Below, in pieces: positions 37,409-52,149 of a stretch of DNA of 52,276 nt. The DNA is from Catajapyx aquilonaris (Eukaryota), in assembly GCA_000934665.2 (NCBI GenBank), contig JYFJ02002709.1:1-52276 (forward strand). The letters run 5' to 3'. Numbering within the stretch: position 1 is the stretch's first letter; each line of letters begins with the position of its first letter. The position numbers and the translations under genes are program-made. The notes beneath the pieces were generated by a model. The model saw only the letters and a list, made by a program, of their open reading frames with translations, was not told where the DNA came from and did not search any database.

Positions 37409-40400
37409 AAGTAGCTCCCAGCGACGTATATTAAAATATTTTAATCAAATTAAGAACTGTCTGCAAATTAGGCAGAAATCTGTTCAGGAAGCATGGGCAT
37501 ACTTGGCAAATAATTTTTGCTGGAATAACCTTTCACGTGCAGTCATTTGTTTCCCCCTCAGCAACTGCATGCTCGTAATTCTCACAAGGCGCTATAAAAG
37601 CTGGCCATGCATTACCAAATGCGTTCGAAACGCTTGTGTCGTCACACCGCGCAAAAACACTTCGCATATAAGATGTGGAACACGTTGCATAACTCAAAAA
37701 ATGCACATTTTGTGTCCTGAGTGTCAATACCGACATGGCAAACGGTGTCCTCGCCCGGACAAAATTAATAACCTGCAATTGGGACTTGCACAATAGCATC
37801 ATTACCACCGCCCCTCGGGGGATATGTCCTACATTATATTCCAGTTTCAAAAAAAGCAACTAAAACTCTCCGACACAATTCATTCATACCTTGCAATACT
37901 TTCTCCGATCCTTTTTGTGACAACCGAATCAGAGTGCCCTCAATATACATGAGGGGGTTACGCCATTATTGCCCGGGCTTATGATGCGAGATAAGTCGAG
38001 CTTTAGCAAGGTCAGAGCAGTAGGCCAAGGTGTAATTAAGGTAGCGGTCCTTCCTCATGTGCATTGTTATGGTGCACTAACTGTACGTGCGTTCCATTAC
38101 GGTAGTGCAATCAAATTGCTTCAATCACTTATCAAAGTCTGCATAGCTGGCAGCCATCACACGTTGCACGGTGTTCCAAACAAGGTCATCTGAAGTTATT
38201 TTACAAGAAAAAAATATATATTGGTCGCCTTAACTGTTTCATCACGCCTTCCTTTCAAATCACCCTGTACAAAACGCCCGATGTAATGGAATCAAGTTCA
38301 AAACGTGGTGCCAAAGGTCACGTTTCTGTTCAGGTTTTCTGCCCCTGATGAGACTGGGGTCAATAGCTCAAAAAATTCGCCGATCACTTCCTAGACCCCT
38401 AGAATCGTGATCGAGATGCATCGCTTAAAGGTTATTGGGTTATTGGGGGGGAAGTTCTTTTTGGTGCTATATACGCGCTTTTTTCTCTTTTCGCGCCCAA
38501 TTGAATCCCGTTATCAGAGGGGGGTCAACCTATGGGGGGTTGAGCTCGCACTTTACAGTACAGCATTTTTGCACGCTGCACGAGATATTTTCTCTGTACA
38601 GAAAATTTCGAGAAACCTTGACCTTTTCAATATCTTTTTTTTTTCTATCGGGGTTTATGACACACATAAGGAGCAATAATATAAAGATCTGGCCCTACCT
38701 TGATCCCCTTTTCCACACAATGGCTTTGTTTTCGCGGCGGAGACAATGACCAAACATGGGTCATTTGGCAAGTTGGACAATGGAGGCTGAAGGTCACTCA
38801 GGAGCGGGAGGGACATATTGACCCGTGATTTGCCATCCTCTTCTGTACAGTATATTTTGAAATAGGCTCATTTCCTAGGCGACTTTCGTTTATTCGGATG
38901 CGGCCGGACCGGTTGCGGAGGAAGGAAAGGGAAATGGGCAAAAAGTTACGTGTTACGTACAAGGTAGTTGCAAGTTTCGCCATAATGAAAACGACTACCG
39001 CATCCATTATGCTCGACCAGAACTACATAATTATGCAATGATGCACTTTTGCCTTCGACAATTGAAACGGCCCATTCTCGGGTTTGAAAATTATTACAAA
39101 GGGAGTGGGCCCTGTCCAGAAATTATTTAGCAAATGCATGACGAGGTCAAACGGTCGCAGTATATTAGAACACTGTCAAAATAGCTGTTAAAATATTGGT
39201 TTGAAGGCGGCCATTTTGTTGCCACGCCATCACTCATAAGGCATGGCGTTGTCAGTATTCTGGGCTCTAACTACCCCCTCTAATAACTCCGGATTCGGGA
39301 CAACCTGATCCCGTTTCAGCTCACACAGTACGTCCATTCACCTTGAAATCCCACCCAAAATGTAACCCAAAATCCGGTTGGCAAGGTCCAGTTTTCAGAT
39401 GGAAAACACACGAGACCACTCTTGGTCAAATAAAAAGTCACCCAGGTCATGATCACGGTTTTGCTCAAGTTCAACCAAACCACCCTCATTCCCCCAACCG
39501 AAACGACCGTGACCTTTGACCCAGACCTAACCGGCAAATCTCGCACCCCCTACCGACATGTATCCCCCCCACTCGTCCCAACCCACCCCAACCTCTCTTC
39601 AACATCCCCAGACCTTTCGGGCCGGACAAGGTAACGGTGGAAAAGGAGCCTCCGACCTCATTTTCGCCAACGGAATAAAATTTCGCAAAAAGGCAACAAC
39701 AACACACACTGCTCGCATATCACTCACAGACTCGTTTCAGACCTGGCCAACACATGCTCCAAAAAAAATGGTGAAACAAAAAAACCGGGTCTGAGGACTA
39801 ATTACTATTCGTCCGTACGAGTATGTTGGTTCATGTTAGGATACGTGTCAGCACGGAAAATGGCTAATTAAGGGGGCCTTGGCCGAATGCCATATACCGT
39901 AATCCCTGGATTACCATACGCATCCGGACTGACCCGTGGTAACGTTAGTCGGGATGCACCATCCGGACTGACCTTGTTTGTACACTACCTAAATTCAGTC
40001 ACTAGAATATGAAATAGACATGTCCGATGTGATTGTTTGACCTCCCCTATTGATATTAGGTCATTTGCTTCCTGAGTAAGAGAGAGAGAAAAAACAGTAT
40101 TGGTGGTCAACAACTCTCTCCCTATTGTCCAGACTGTTTTGTGCTCTCATTTTCTACCTGGCTTCCCTCTTATCTGACAAAAAGAAAACGGCGGGGACAA
40201 TAGTGCCGGACAATGGCGGGTATGGCGCAGAATAATAATTGGCGAATTGACAGGAGACGCAAAAATAGACTATCAACACCGCACGTGCTGAACTTTGCAC
40301 TCGAATTTGCTAGAAAACAAATTGCCTGATATGGCCTGCCCCCGCCGTTTTCAGGCCGTAGGTCAAGGGTGACCAACCGAACTCCGACACTATCAAGAAG

Positions 40401-40648
40401 TCCAGACAAACAAAGAGTCAAACTTCGACTTTTCCTGGAGCAACAGTCGCAGTGACTTGCTCCAACTGGTCCCAACCAAGTATTTAATTAATTATTTATT
40501 TATTTATTATCGTCCCCCTATACATATTTAAAATCTGAGAACAGGGTAAACAAATATATAAATAAATAAGCAGTATGGATGTAGCTCCAAGAAAGCTATC
40601 CATCTTAAGATGCCCTGAAGGACAAAAACGGGGCCGGTTAAAGGATAC

Positions 40649-40689
40649 CTTCTCCTCATCTTGGAGTTCTCCTTGTTCATCATCATCAT
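40649..40689 (-). CDS. Candidate upstream or first coding exon of Shroom (MMMMNKENSKMRR)
   Basis: An ATG run followed by AAG|gtatcc gives a phase-2 donor compatible with the 35264 acceptor. No homology or transcript support is available. Confidence 0.3.
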
Positions 40690-43600
40690 CGTCTCTGCTG
40701 GATCTTCGGGACACGCAACTTGGGCAGGTGATGGCATTTCCGCCTGGGAAACTCTCCCATTACCCAGTCACACGATTGGCTATAATATCATCCACCCCCC
40801 ACCCCCTACCCCCCTTCCAAGCATTCCCTCCAAAATCAAAGGCCTTCCATACCCCAATTATTGTTTCGAGGGGGGTTCCTTTGCCTCTACCCGGACCCAC
40901 AAATTGGTCCAGATTGACTCCCGGATCCGGCCAGTTTTGGGGCCCAACTTAACCCATTTTTTGGCAGCACCTTAAGTTTTTTTTGTAGTTCTGGAGAAAG
41001 CTGGCGTCTTACGTTGGTAAATTCCGGATTGGTCCTGACAGCTCCATCCGCAAATCGGACGTAAAACCCCGATTAGTTCCTCCCGACCTGATTAACCCAA
41101 ATTGCCTCTACAAACGTAACCGATACTGATTATCCCACCAGCACCACTCTTCCTGGAATGTGATGTGCAATCCTCATTTCGCAATCCAGATTGGCCCGAA
41201 GCGTTCTTTTCCACCAGTTCTCATTAGACCTCTTTTTCTGTCCGAGTATGTGTGTGTGTATGGTAGGTCAGCTAAAACTCATGTCCCGGATCCAAACTAG
41301 ATGCGAAAGGGAAAATGTGTGAAAAACTGACAATGGATCAGACATAGTGGACGGTTCGATTAGCTTACCGTCCACTTAATTCGGCGGTGATAATGGAAAT
41401 TTTATTATACACCAATCTGACTCAGCGCTCCTTGAATTACGTGTGCGTTAGAAACGCTCTACTTAACGTAGTACCAACCAAAGGAAAAGGAAAACAACAC
41501 GTTTTTCGCAAAACATCTTTGTCGTTAAGCACTGTCCCATGAAGTTAGAAGCAACACTATTTTTTGCTAGTCTTTTTTTCCCCTGAAGACCCCTACACAA
41601 TGCTCTTGACTATATATTTTGGAAAGAGCACTTATCTCACGTCCAAACACAAGCACTTGAAGTAGAAAAGAGACTTGCCAGTGAATTTTTGGACGTGTTC
41701 AACAGCAGAAAGATGGGGGCCTTAGATGGACGACGTAGCAGAAAAAAAGCGGAGGGATGCCAACTTACAACAAAAAAATACTCTAACGATTAACCCTTTT
41801 TTTCCAAGACTCGCAGATCGAGACTCTGATTACTAAAATTAGGTACAGTAATTTTTAGTTGGGTCAGAGCCGAGTGAAAGACGGAGCCGTGTAGTGTCTG
41901 CCCTAGAAGAATAACCACTTTGGTCCTATACAAGCTATCCACCTATTTACCAATAGAATTTCAATTTACAGTTAATTTGTCCTATGAATTTGGGGCTGCT
42001 TACATGCACCATTACTGTGTATTATCCCCGTTACAAGTGGGACGATAAAGTACACTATGACAACCACCAGAAATTATTCCCAGATTTGTCGCGTCGAGTT
42101 TTCTTTATGAATTCCGTCCATAAAAAAAGGAGTAGCCAGAAGCAAATTGCAACCGCTTGTTTCCCATTAATTAGACTCCATACGCATACATGTAGGCTAC
42201 TTCCCGCGGCCATTTCTCATCGCATGATCCTGAGGTATGCCCCCTAACCTAACAGTTTCGAAGACGGTTCGCAACAATAAACACGATTCCCCCACCCAGT
42301 GCACGCGCCATAATCCCCTAGCCATGCTCGGCGGCCATCATTGGCACCGTGGCCAGACCCAGCGCCTCGTGGCCACCCTCTCCCTCCCCCGACAAAGGCC
42401 AAGATAAGATGGCTCCTAATCGCAACTTGAAAATGCTTTATGGCAGAAGCGTTGGAAAAGTCAGACGGGTGTCTTGAAGGTCGTGCGCCGAAATACGAGC
42501 GCCGTAAAAATTTTATCGCGTGGCACCACTGCTTCCTGCATCGGACGAGTCTGGGCTTGCACAAGAGGCCCGCCGAAGGGTCAGGCAAGACATGAGCGAA
42601 TGGGAGTGACAACATTCATCAAGAGGATATAAAAAATGTCGTAGGGGCCAGGCAGGGAATCCTGATGTCCAGGCTGGCGTTTCTGCAAATTGACAATCGT
42701 CGTGACAAATAATGACCGTGGCAGTGGAGCCAACTTGGGGTGAAATATTGCTTCTAGGATTCTTTCTCCCGGCTCCACATTTTTCTCCCGTCTGCAGACC
42801 AGAAGAGAAGGAGGAAAAAAGAAGAAAGGTATTCGGCCTTGGAAAAAGGAAGGTATCATTCTGCTGGGTAGTAAAGGATCCGGATAAAGACTCAGACAAA
42901 CAGCATCCAATCTCGCCTTTGTCTCTAAAGAGTCAATTCCGGTAGCTGGACAAACAAAGCGCATCACGACTCGCTTCATGTTGCACCTATGTCTATCTCT
43001 GATAACATGCCTTGCGCAGGTTAGATTCTTAAGAGCTGGTCCACACCACACACACAAAAAATTAAGAAAAATTCCTGCCCTATCGGGTGGCCCACCAATG
43101 CTTTTAGTCAATCACCCCAAAAGAAAGCGATTTCTAAGGCATGTAGATGCTATTCCCAAACGAAAGTTGTTTTTGTAGGTAATTTACAGTCAGACGTGAA
43201 TGCTGAATGTAACAATCACTGTTCATATTTCTACCCCATAAGAAGTACACTCAATAGCAGTACGCCATCTTGTATCGGACCAAAGAGGTTTATATTTCAG
43301 TTGGAGAAATAGTGCCACGACAAAATGTTTATTTAGCCAGAAAATCAACAAGGTTTCAACCTTACATCGTTCACTACACTAAACGAATTCGCTGAATCAC
43401 TTGTACCCACATAGCAAAGCAATGCAAATAATGTATTAGTTCAAGTCGAGTGCTTTGGCGCCAAAAAAGGTGGCCAAAAAAAGGGCATCAGCGACAAAGG
43501 AAATAAAATGAGTGGCGTGACATGCGCGTAAATAATTCGAATTCGAGTGTGATGGTAGAGGTTGGGAATTCCGAAAGGGGAATGTTGTATACGGATCGAT

Positions 43601-45450
43601 TCATTTCTCCGGCCCAGTGGTCCAGCTGGGAACACATTCCTTCCACTTCTCACCGGAAAACACTGTGAGGAAGAACCAACCAGCAAGAAGCAAGACAGAC
43701 CAGAGAGAGGGAGAGAGAGAGAGAGAGAAAAAAAGAGAGAAAAAAAGCCCCAAAAGTTTTCCCTTTTATTCTGAAGATTATTCTTTCCAAGTCAAGGCTG
43801 AGAGATTCTCCGTCACACTCACTCAAACCGGACTTTCCCCCAATGTTTCAGGTGTTGCCAACAGGTAGAAAAACAGCGATATGTGTACAGTACTACGTAT
43901 ATAGAAGAAAAAGCTCGTGTGGTATCCCAGTATTCAAGTCTCCATTCATTAAGGCTTCAATTCTAATATTTCCCAAAGTCAAGCTTATGATTAAATCGAT
44001 TACAATGATTAGAAATTGTTACTACTCGTTAACCTGAAGGGCTCAAATCTGATTCAATAAAAGTAATGACATGCCTAGATCAATCATAAGATTTGTCGAC
44101 AGCATTAACCGCAAGCAAATAATACGCAAATAAATCATAAAGACTCATATTTACCTGGGTAAATTACTGGCAGTAAAATCGTCGCATGCCCGAGCCCTAA
44201 TGCCTAAAACGTGTTGCAGAGTGGGCTTAAAAATCTCCGCACCATAAAATATTAATGTTCCTCCCGCGTACTACACCTCATTTTATGCTCAAAACGAATG
44301 TTGCCTTGTGACATCACCCGTGAACGTGACCTTCCTTGGGGCCAAACGTGAGGTCAACCCAAACCAAGTGACGTCCTCCCCAGCATCTTTTCTCCTCTCC
44401 ACATGAGGCTCTGACAAGATAATTGACGACCCATACTTTTTTTTAAAACCTTCATTCCGAAGAGACATTTTATTACGGATCTGAGACACACTTTATCCGA
44501 CCGGTTTTTCAGTTCAATACCGATGATTTGCATGTACTTTCAGGAAACAAAGGTCCGTAACTAATAGTCCTATAAGTGGGTAGAATCATTTAGACCTACC
44601 CAGATGGCCATTTGATTACACCAGGCTATCCTGAAGGGGGTGACTCTCCACTTATCCCACTCAATTACGTCTCTTTAATACACCATCTGACATCACTCGA
44701 GTTTTTTGACGCAAATTGGTCGCTATTAAGTCTGGCTAGATGTGAATAAGCTGTCAAATGTCGCCACGGCCCATAAATCATTTGGGAGGACCCGTAAATA
44801 ACAGGCTTGTTAGACCCAATTGGATGCCGCATGTCATGTTGTGTATCTACATGTCGCTACAAGTGGGTCGACCTCTCCAAAAAATGTGCTTATCTACCCC
44901 AAAAAAGGGGACATAAATCCCAAATAATCTACCCAGCCATTAATAACAGCTAAGTGAAACGGGGCCAACTTGAGGCAAAACAGTACAGGGTACATCTGAA
45001 ATTCTCGTATGATCGGAAATGCACTGAGGCATTTGTTACATGGCAATAAAGAGTTAGAGCGTGGGCATAACAAGTTGGCTGGGGAGGAGCCACCCTAACC
45101 CCCCACGCAAGAATGCACCAAATCCCCGGGCGCGATTACTAACCTTGCCGATCCTTACCTTATAAAGGCATTTCTCTCTCCCCCCCCCCTCCCCCCACAC
45201 CTTTCTGGCTGGCTCGTCAATCACTTCCTAACACGTGACCATGAGCATTTAAAACAGGACTTTCTCTTTCTTTATTCCAGTTCTAGTGTCGATCATGTAA
45301 TACGGTTCAGACCAGAATTTGCGTGAAATATTCACATTTAAGCAGTAGGTTGTCACTCCTGATCCTGACAGATCACCTCAGGATCGTGGTCGTGGTCCGC
45401 AACCTATTTATTAAAACTAGCCTCAGCCGAGTCTAGCTTATTGCTGTATA

Positions 45451-45729
45451 CAGGGTGAAGGGACATGGGACAATCGCCAGGTAGACTGACAGTACTCGTA
45501 AAACGAATATAGGGATGGGCAATTAGTTTTGGGCGCCGCTGCGCAGTTAATGCGTACGGTGCCGTCAAAGTTTCGTGACGTCACATCCGTTCCGCCAGCT
45601 TCAAAGAAGCAAAAGCCAGCTAGAGCGCCTCCGAACAATCCAGCCTTGGGTCCATAACACATCCCTATATTAGTTTTGCGGGTACTATCAGTCTACCTGG
45701 CGATTGTGCACGAGTTTCCCTTCACCCTG
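45451..45729. mobile_element. Tc1/mariner-type MITE related to 20382-20916
   Basis: TA|CAGGGTGAAGGGA ... TCCCTTCACCCTG|TA. Shares AATATAGGGATG and TGACGTCACATCCG with the 20.4-kb element. Confidence 0.8.
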
Positions 45730-45779
45730 TATACAAACTCAAGCCTCTCCCCAGGTTCGCCTAGGTTCACCACACAACA

Positions 45780-45795
45780 CCCCGCCATCTAGTGG
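45780..45795 (-). promoter_or_regulatory. CTCF-like motif (reverse)
   Basis: CCCCGCCATCTAGTGG is the exact reverse complement of 36750-36765. Confidence 0.45.
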
Positions 45796-48700
45796 TAGTA
45801 ACAAATGTTCGCATAATCACCAAATCGCTGCATTTATCACTATTCCTGGAAATCGAGGCTATCATTGTTTACACTTGATCAGATACCTCACAGCAAACGT
45901 GCCGTCAGAGAAATCCCCGCCGCAAAAATTCCTTTCGCTCAAAAATTATTTCTCCCCGCCGTTTTACAACCTGCCAGTCGTCGTCCCCTACGAAAAGAGG
46001 TGGTCCCCCCATTTTCTGTGGGCTGTAAATCGGTTTAGCAGATGCGTATCCGCTTGGGTCCGCCAGGTATTTACAATACATCCTCTGGGACATGAAAATG
46101 GGTCCCACACCTTTTGGGAAGAATCTCTTCTCCCCCACCTTCAGACTGGGGGCAAATAAAAGCAATGGGCGTAGGAGTCCGGGTAGGGGGGGGGGGGGGN
46201 CCAAAAAAAGGATCCCGTTCCCAGCACGACCCTAGGAAACAAAAAGGCAATCTCTTCGGGGTGGAGATGATTTTCGGCCATTCTCACCTCTCTAGGGGGG
46301 TGGATTTTCACAGGGGCGTGAAAACGTGCTCAGTTTCCCGTATTATGTCACGTCTGAAGCAGGGTGACGTCACCTGCGGCAATGACCCATTTGGTGCACT
46401 GGGTCTTCATATATTGCACGGTAGCACACACGCCCGGTGTTGTTGACACTAGCCCCACCCTGGATGACTCCCCAAATTCTAGTGTCCATCAGTGAGTCAC
46501 AAGCACGTGCACACTTAATCACCACCTGAGATCTCGGAGAAACTAGTCTGGAAATAGTGCCGACAAGTGGCTTAACGGTCAGCCGACTGGTCGGTGGGTA
46601 TCCGGGTGTCCTTCGCACCTCCGGGTTCCGCCTTTATGCCAGATCATACCTTTCTTTTTATTCGTGGCTTACTGCCAAATTCGACTACAACTACTAGGGG
46701 GGATGACAGCCACCGGAACGTACCATCAAGAATGCGAGGGGCACTGACACCATACCCAAAACCGGGCCGGACAACTTTTGTAGCAGCCCATCACACCCAC
46801 CTGAAAATCCGGGCCACTTCATTCAAGAGGCTGGAGGGGGACCCATACCTACCTAACTACGGATCAACCGAGTCATCCTGCAAAATGCACGCCGCGCCAG
46901 GTCCAGACATGTTTATTACTGCATCTCACCCGAGCCGCTGTAACTTTTGCCCGTGACCTTGATTTCAGATGCGAAAACCGTTACGGGGCAAATAACCCGA
47001 GACATTCCGACGGACTCTGTACTGTATTAAGATGTTTAAGCTGACGAATTAGCACCCAATCAGTGGTGCTAACAACCAGAAGCCCTCCCATTGCCTGGCC
47101 CTTAAAAATCTGAATCATAACCATATACACCGGAACATTCCGGCATAATCTAATTTATACGACACGGCCGCCGATGTGAAATGAGTCACGAAGTCGCCTT
47201 GAAGCAAAACAATGCCAGACTGAAACCTGAGGAAGATCAACCGTGATTCACCATCGTATGTCCACTTGGGGGATGACACAATGCATTTTTTTTTTTTTCA
47301 ACATGAACATCCGATGGATTTACAGGCCCGGCTCAACTTGCATCATGCCTTCAATTGATAAGATTCTGGTCCGACCGGAGGAGGCCGGAAAAGGACAAAG
47401 TCGTGCTACGGATATTCACCTCAACAACTCCAAGAAGTCCTTCGTATTAGGGAAGGGCGCTCCTTACTTGTCACGGAGATTCGTGGTTTCCTGCGGATCT
47501 TGAGGGGGACCCTCCCTTGGGAAATTTTTTTCGCGGTGTGCCTCGCATTATGAACCCTGCAGATCCTTGGACAAATTTACGATGCAATAATATTCCAAGT
47601 TCCGCAATCCCACGTTATTCTAGCATCAATATATATATATGCAGAAGTGTCAGGTGGATTCCTAGGTATGTACATATGACCCTGACGTAGTTTCTTCCAA
47701 AAGAGCTTAGAAATTCTCATAATTAGAATTGTTTCTTGCCACCTGACAATCACAATTCTAGCACCTGGAGGTCAAATAGTCTCTGGATATAGCGCACTTA
47801 ACCAAGGTGCCTATTCAAGAAGGCAATCTCACGAATCTTCTTCAAAAGAGGTCATGTTTTAATTAAGCAGCTTGGATTACGAAAGTCCTCCGTAATTCTC
47901 TCACACTACTCGAAATCCTTGGGATTCAGTTATCATTGGGGGTGGACGGGGGAAAAAATATAGTTTTGACGGCCTTCCACTTTTCCTTCATTTCTGTCGT
48001 AATGACCACAATCATTTGGCCATCTATCAAGTGGCATCCGGTTCAGCACACTACTTCCTGGATACGCAGCTTTGTTTACCAGCCCCCAGAAAGTACATGG
48101 TGATTTAAAAAACGGGTCAAGAAAGGTGCGATATGACAGGATTAAAAATGATGACCAGCGGAAAACCAGGGGCTACGGGAGGAAAAAAATCACTAGACTT
48201 ATAGTCGTACGGATCTGTAATAGTGACAAATTGCCGGGTTGCAATGAATGATGTCACTCGTCAAGGGCGCTGTTGAAATGTAGAAAGGAGTTCCCAGCTT
48301 TTTTGTGTCACAAATGTGTCACGGAATGCAAATGGTCATCTGCCAAAAATTCTCTGCCCATCGCCCAACATGTGATCATTTATAATTTGTAAGGCCAGCC
48401 ACCGATTGCGCAACAATATGAGGTCGTCCAGGCATAAATGGAGTACGTCCTTCCCTAGCACATTACAAAACAAAAGCACTACCGTACAGACTCTAATGAC
48501 ATGCAAGCCTCAGGCTATTCTTCATCCGAATTTCAATTTCACTCTACCGTCATCGCCCTTTGCTGCTATTTTGTAACCTAGTTGGCAAAATAATGAAGGG
48601 GACCCACCCCAAAAAAAAATATTAGACGTGGGTGCAGGTAAAAGGAGGACCGGTTTTGTTCTTGGGTATGGTGGTTGTGGTAAAGATGGCGGAAGGTTGA

Positions 48701-51700
48701 GGGGGAAGGAGGCAGAGGGGGGTATGTAAGGTATCACGCAAAAGGGATAGGAAACCTGTGATCAAGAAACGGAACCGAGGCCAACACTTCCTGGTTGGAA
48801 AAAAAGAAGTGATATTTTGGCACATGTGTACCCTTGTGTTTTTTTGAAGGTGGGTGTATACATGTGGTACAAGGTGGGGAGGAATAAGATGAAACAGGGT
48901 TCCGATTCTTCCTTGATCAAGGCAGGAAACAGTTACGACTGGTAATGCCGTTCGGGATCATTTCCAATGTAAATGAACCGGCGTCTCAATTGCCCTTAAC
49001 TCATCCAACACTGGCCATGTCCCGAATAAAATCATGAAAACATGCGATTCGCATCTCAGATTGGGTTAAGATATCCTTCGTGCATTCCAGATTGCGGCTA
49101 CTGTGCTCTTAAGTATTCCCACGGAATAATTACCGCCAATTAAAATACCAGTAGCTGGTTGAGGGTTTATCAATTATATGTGTGGCACTAGCCCTGTTCC
49201 CATCGTGGAGGCCACTCAAGATCAGAAGTTCACTTTCGGGAGCTCCAGCAATGTGAATAGCTTCCCAAAATTAATTACCATTTTGTTATATTAAATTTAG
49301 TTTAAAAAATTTATATGCCTGTTTCTCTGGCCAAATGGACGATTTTAGCATCAGGGACGATGGGAATGAAGTGATTAGTCGTGTTGTTGTTGTCTAAATT
49401 TGAACTGAAATTATCACAGCACTGCCATGTCATCCACTGAATATCTGCAACATTCTGGTCACAAGCGGAGTTTTTCCTCATGATGTAACAGCTATGAGTA
49501 ATAAAGTAGCTTTCAGTCTTGCAGGCGGGGGAAAAAACCGCGCGCAGAATCAGCAGTCACTTTTTCTTACACACGATGCAAATGTAATAATTTCACCCCA
49601 CACCGCAAAAAGGACAAAAAAAAATTGCAAGGAAGTGCATAAGTGAAAACCTAAAAAGTGCTGCACGAAAGCTGGCCTAACAGTTTCAAGTATCCAGCAG
49701 GTGATATACCCCCCTGATAAGCCTACTCCATGTGGACGCCCACTACTACATGTGCATGACGCCATCTTGAAAGCGGCCACGCTCCGGAAATGCCATTCCA
49801 GCCACCCTCTTCGTCTCCTGCCCCAGGGTATATCCAGGCACTTGACTTATAATGTGAGAGGGGAGGCTACATATGTTCCCAAGGAGTTGGGCAGTGAACA
49901 GGTCACACAAGATGGTTGCCTGGCCGGTAGGGCCTGCAGGAGAAATATGGCTCGGGACAAAGGAGTCTGACTGGAAGGACCAGGTCAGGAATGTCATGCC
50001 CATTTCAACTGGCCTGAATTAATTAGTCATACGTTTTAGATTCAGGTGCGATTTCTCAAAGCTTGGCCTCCTGCGCAAAGTTCATTCAGGAGTAATGTTT
50101 GCTTTTCTGCCACGGCATCAGCAGGGTTATTAACACAGGGTCACAGGCCCGACCCCTTCTGCTATGCATCGGCAACAGGGATATGATTACACTCCCCTAC
50201 ATTATAATCACCCCGGGATTATGTAAACTACAGAATCTTACAATTACCAGTTTCCAGTGTATATTTATATTTTGTTACATATTAGTTATATAATATTTTA
50301 ATATTTGTTGTTGTTATTGTTGCATGAGTGATTCAGCACTGGGCATGCATTCCTGCCAGGAGCAAAGAATTCACAACAACGCATGGCTATCAGTGTTTAT
50401 TATGAGTCACCTGCAAAAGTAGGCTAATCGTTATATCGCTCCGCGAACACGGCGCTATTATTTTGACAAAAGTGCGTGAAATCCTCAGCATGATCAATGC
50501 GTACAAATGGCGGGCATTCTCTTCACCTTTTGACAACCCCGCGCAACAACAATATCATTAGCGAGCTCCATATTATCGCAGACCATATGTTCACACGCCA
50601 ACCCCTTGGTGTAATTACCCACGTCCGTAATCAGGTTGTCATCACGCTCAGTATTCCCAAATCCGACGCACCGGTGCATTGTTCTGGGCGTCGACAATGC
50701 ATGCAGCAGCGACACTCGCCCAATTACCATGGTTATCTCCGGACCCGTACGCGTAACCCTGAGCCGGACTTAATTTCATCTCAACTCCGGAGGATGCTTT
50801 GCCATTGTCTTGGCCTGCTCTTATCCTTGAATCCACTCCCACATCATATATAATACATGCATTCCTACAACGTGCCGCCGCACCGCACCTGAGCTGGCTA
50901 AAGTGCGTAACCCGAACTGCGTCTTATCGCCGATGACGTCAACAGGTGTCAACCGCTACCATATGTCGAAACCGAATCGAGATCGGGTTGTAACCGCAAA
51001 TATGGGCCAAGATCATCCCGGAAAGTGAAAGGTGTTTGTGGACAGACACCTGTTGCATGGCTTACCTGGGTGCAAATGATGGACCCCTCCCGAACAAGAC
51101 ACGAATCCGCACTTGTCACCACACTAGCACACCTCTGCAACAGTCACTGATGTCTGGTTCATGCGGAGGCACGTCCCTGCACGTCCTAGCCTGCCCGATG
51201 CCGGCGACCGACTGAAGTCTGGTGAACCCACGACAGAAGGAGCTGCTGCGGCTTCTCCAGTCCTTTCCCCGGGAGCGACCGACCGACCAACCAACCAAAC
51301 CACGGCCTACCAACTCTTTCTAGTGCCAATGAAACTCAGCCTGCAGGCCAACACTGCTACCAACCTCAGATACCATGCAGTAAGACATATCGGAATTGGT
51401 TCATGTAGTTCATTCGTTCTTGATTCGGGTTTTTTGTACGGGCGAGGGGTCGAATATTCGGACAAAACGTACCAGATTCACTGTGACTTACCTGTCCGAC
51501 CTTTCCAATTCGTGGTTTTTGGGGGATGTCACATTGGCTATGCAACTATAGTGGTGTTAAATTACTAGGACGAAATTGTGATGTGTTAAGACTGGCTTTA
51601 TCCAACTCTGAGGGAGAATGCGTACAACAGGTTTTTCATGCTGGGAACAATATATCAAGCAATGGCATTGAAAAGCCCGCGATAATTACATCATAAACCC

Positions 51701-51988
51701 TGCAGTGTTATGTTCAGTACTCAGTCCCTGTGTCACATAAGTTATACAATACCAAGTGTCACCTTTGCCATTAATCTGAATAGATATACCCGGGCCTAAG
51801 CTGCATATTCTAAAATAATATTGTGCTTTAAATCCATTCAAGCTGCTGAGTGCAATCAACGAAAAACTGTTACTTTGTAATAAAATTACATTAAATGCAT
51901 TTTAGTTGTGTACTGTATAACATAATTATTATAATGACATAATAAACACTACACATTTAATTTAAAAAATAAAATATACCGGTATTTA

Positions 51989-52149
51989 TAGTTGAATCTG
52001 GATATAACAGACTTCATGGGATCGCGGAAACAGTCTGTTATAACCAAGGTCTGTTATAGCCGAATACACAAGCCATAATATGGAAGTATATGCTGGGACC
52101 CCCCTTTCGAGTATGTTATAGCCGAGGCTGTTATATCCGGATTCAACTG
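51989..52149. mobile_element. pogo/Tigger-type MITE
   Basis: TIRs TAGTTGAATCTGGATATAACAG / CTGTTATATCCGGATTCAACTG, TA flanks, and internal GTTATAGCCG repeats. Confidence 0.75.
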
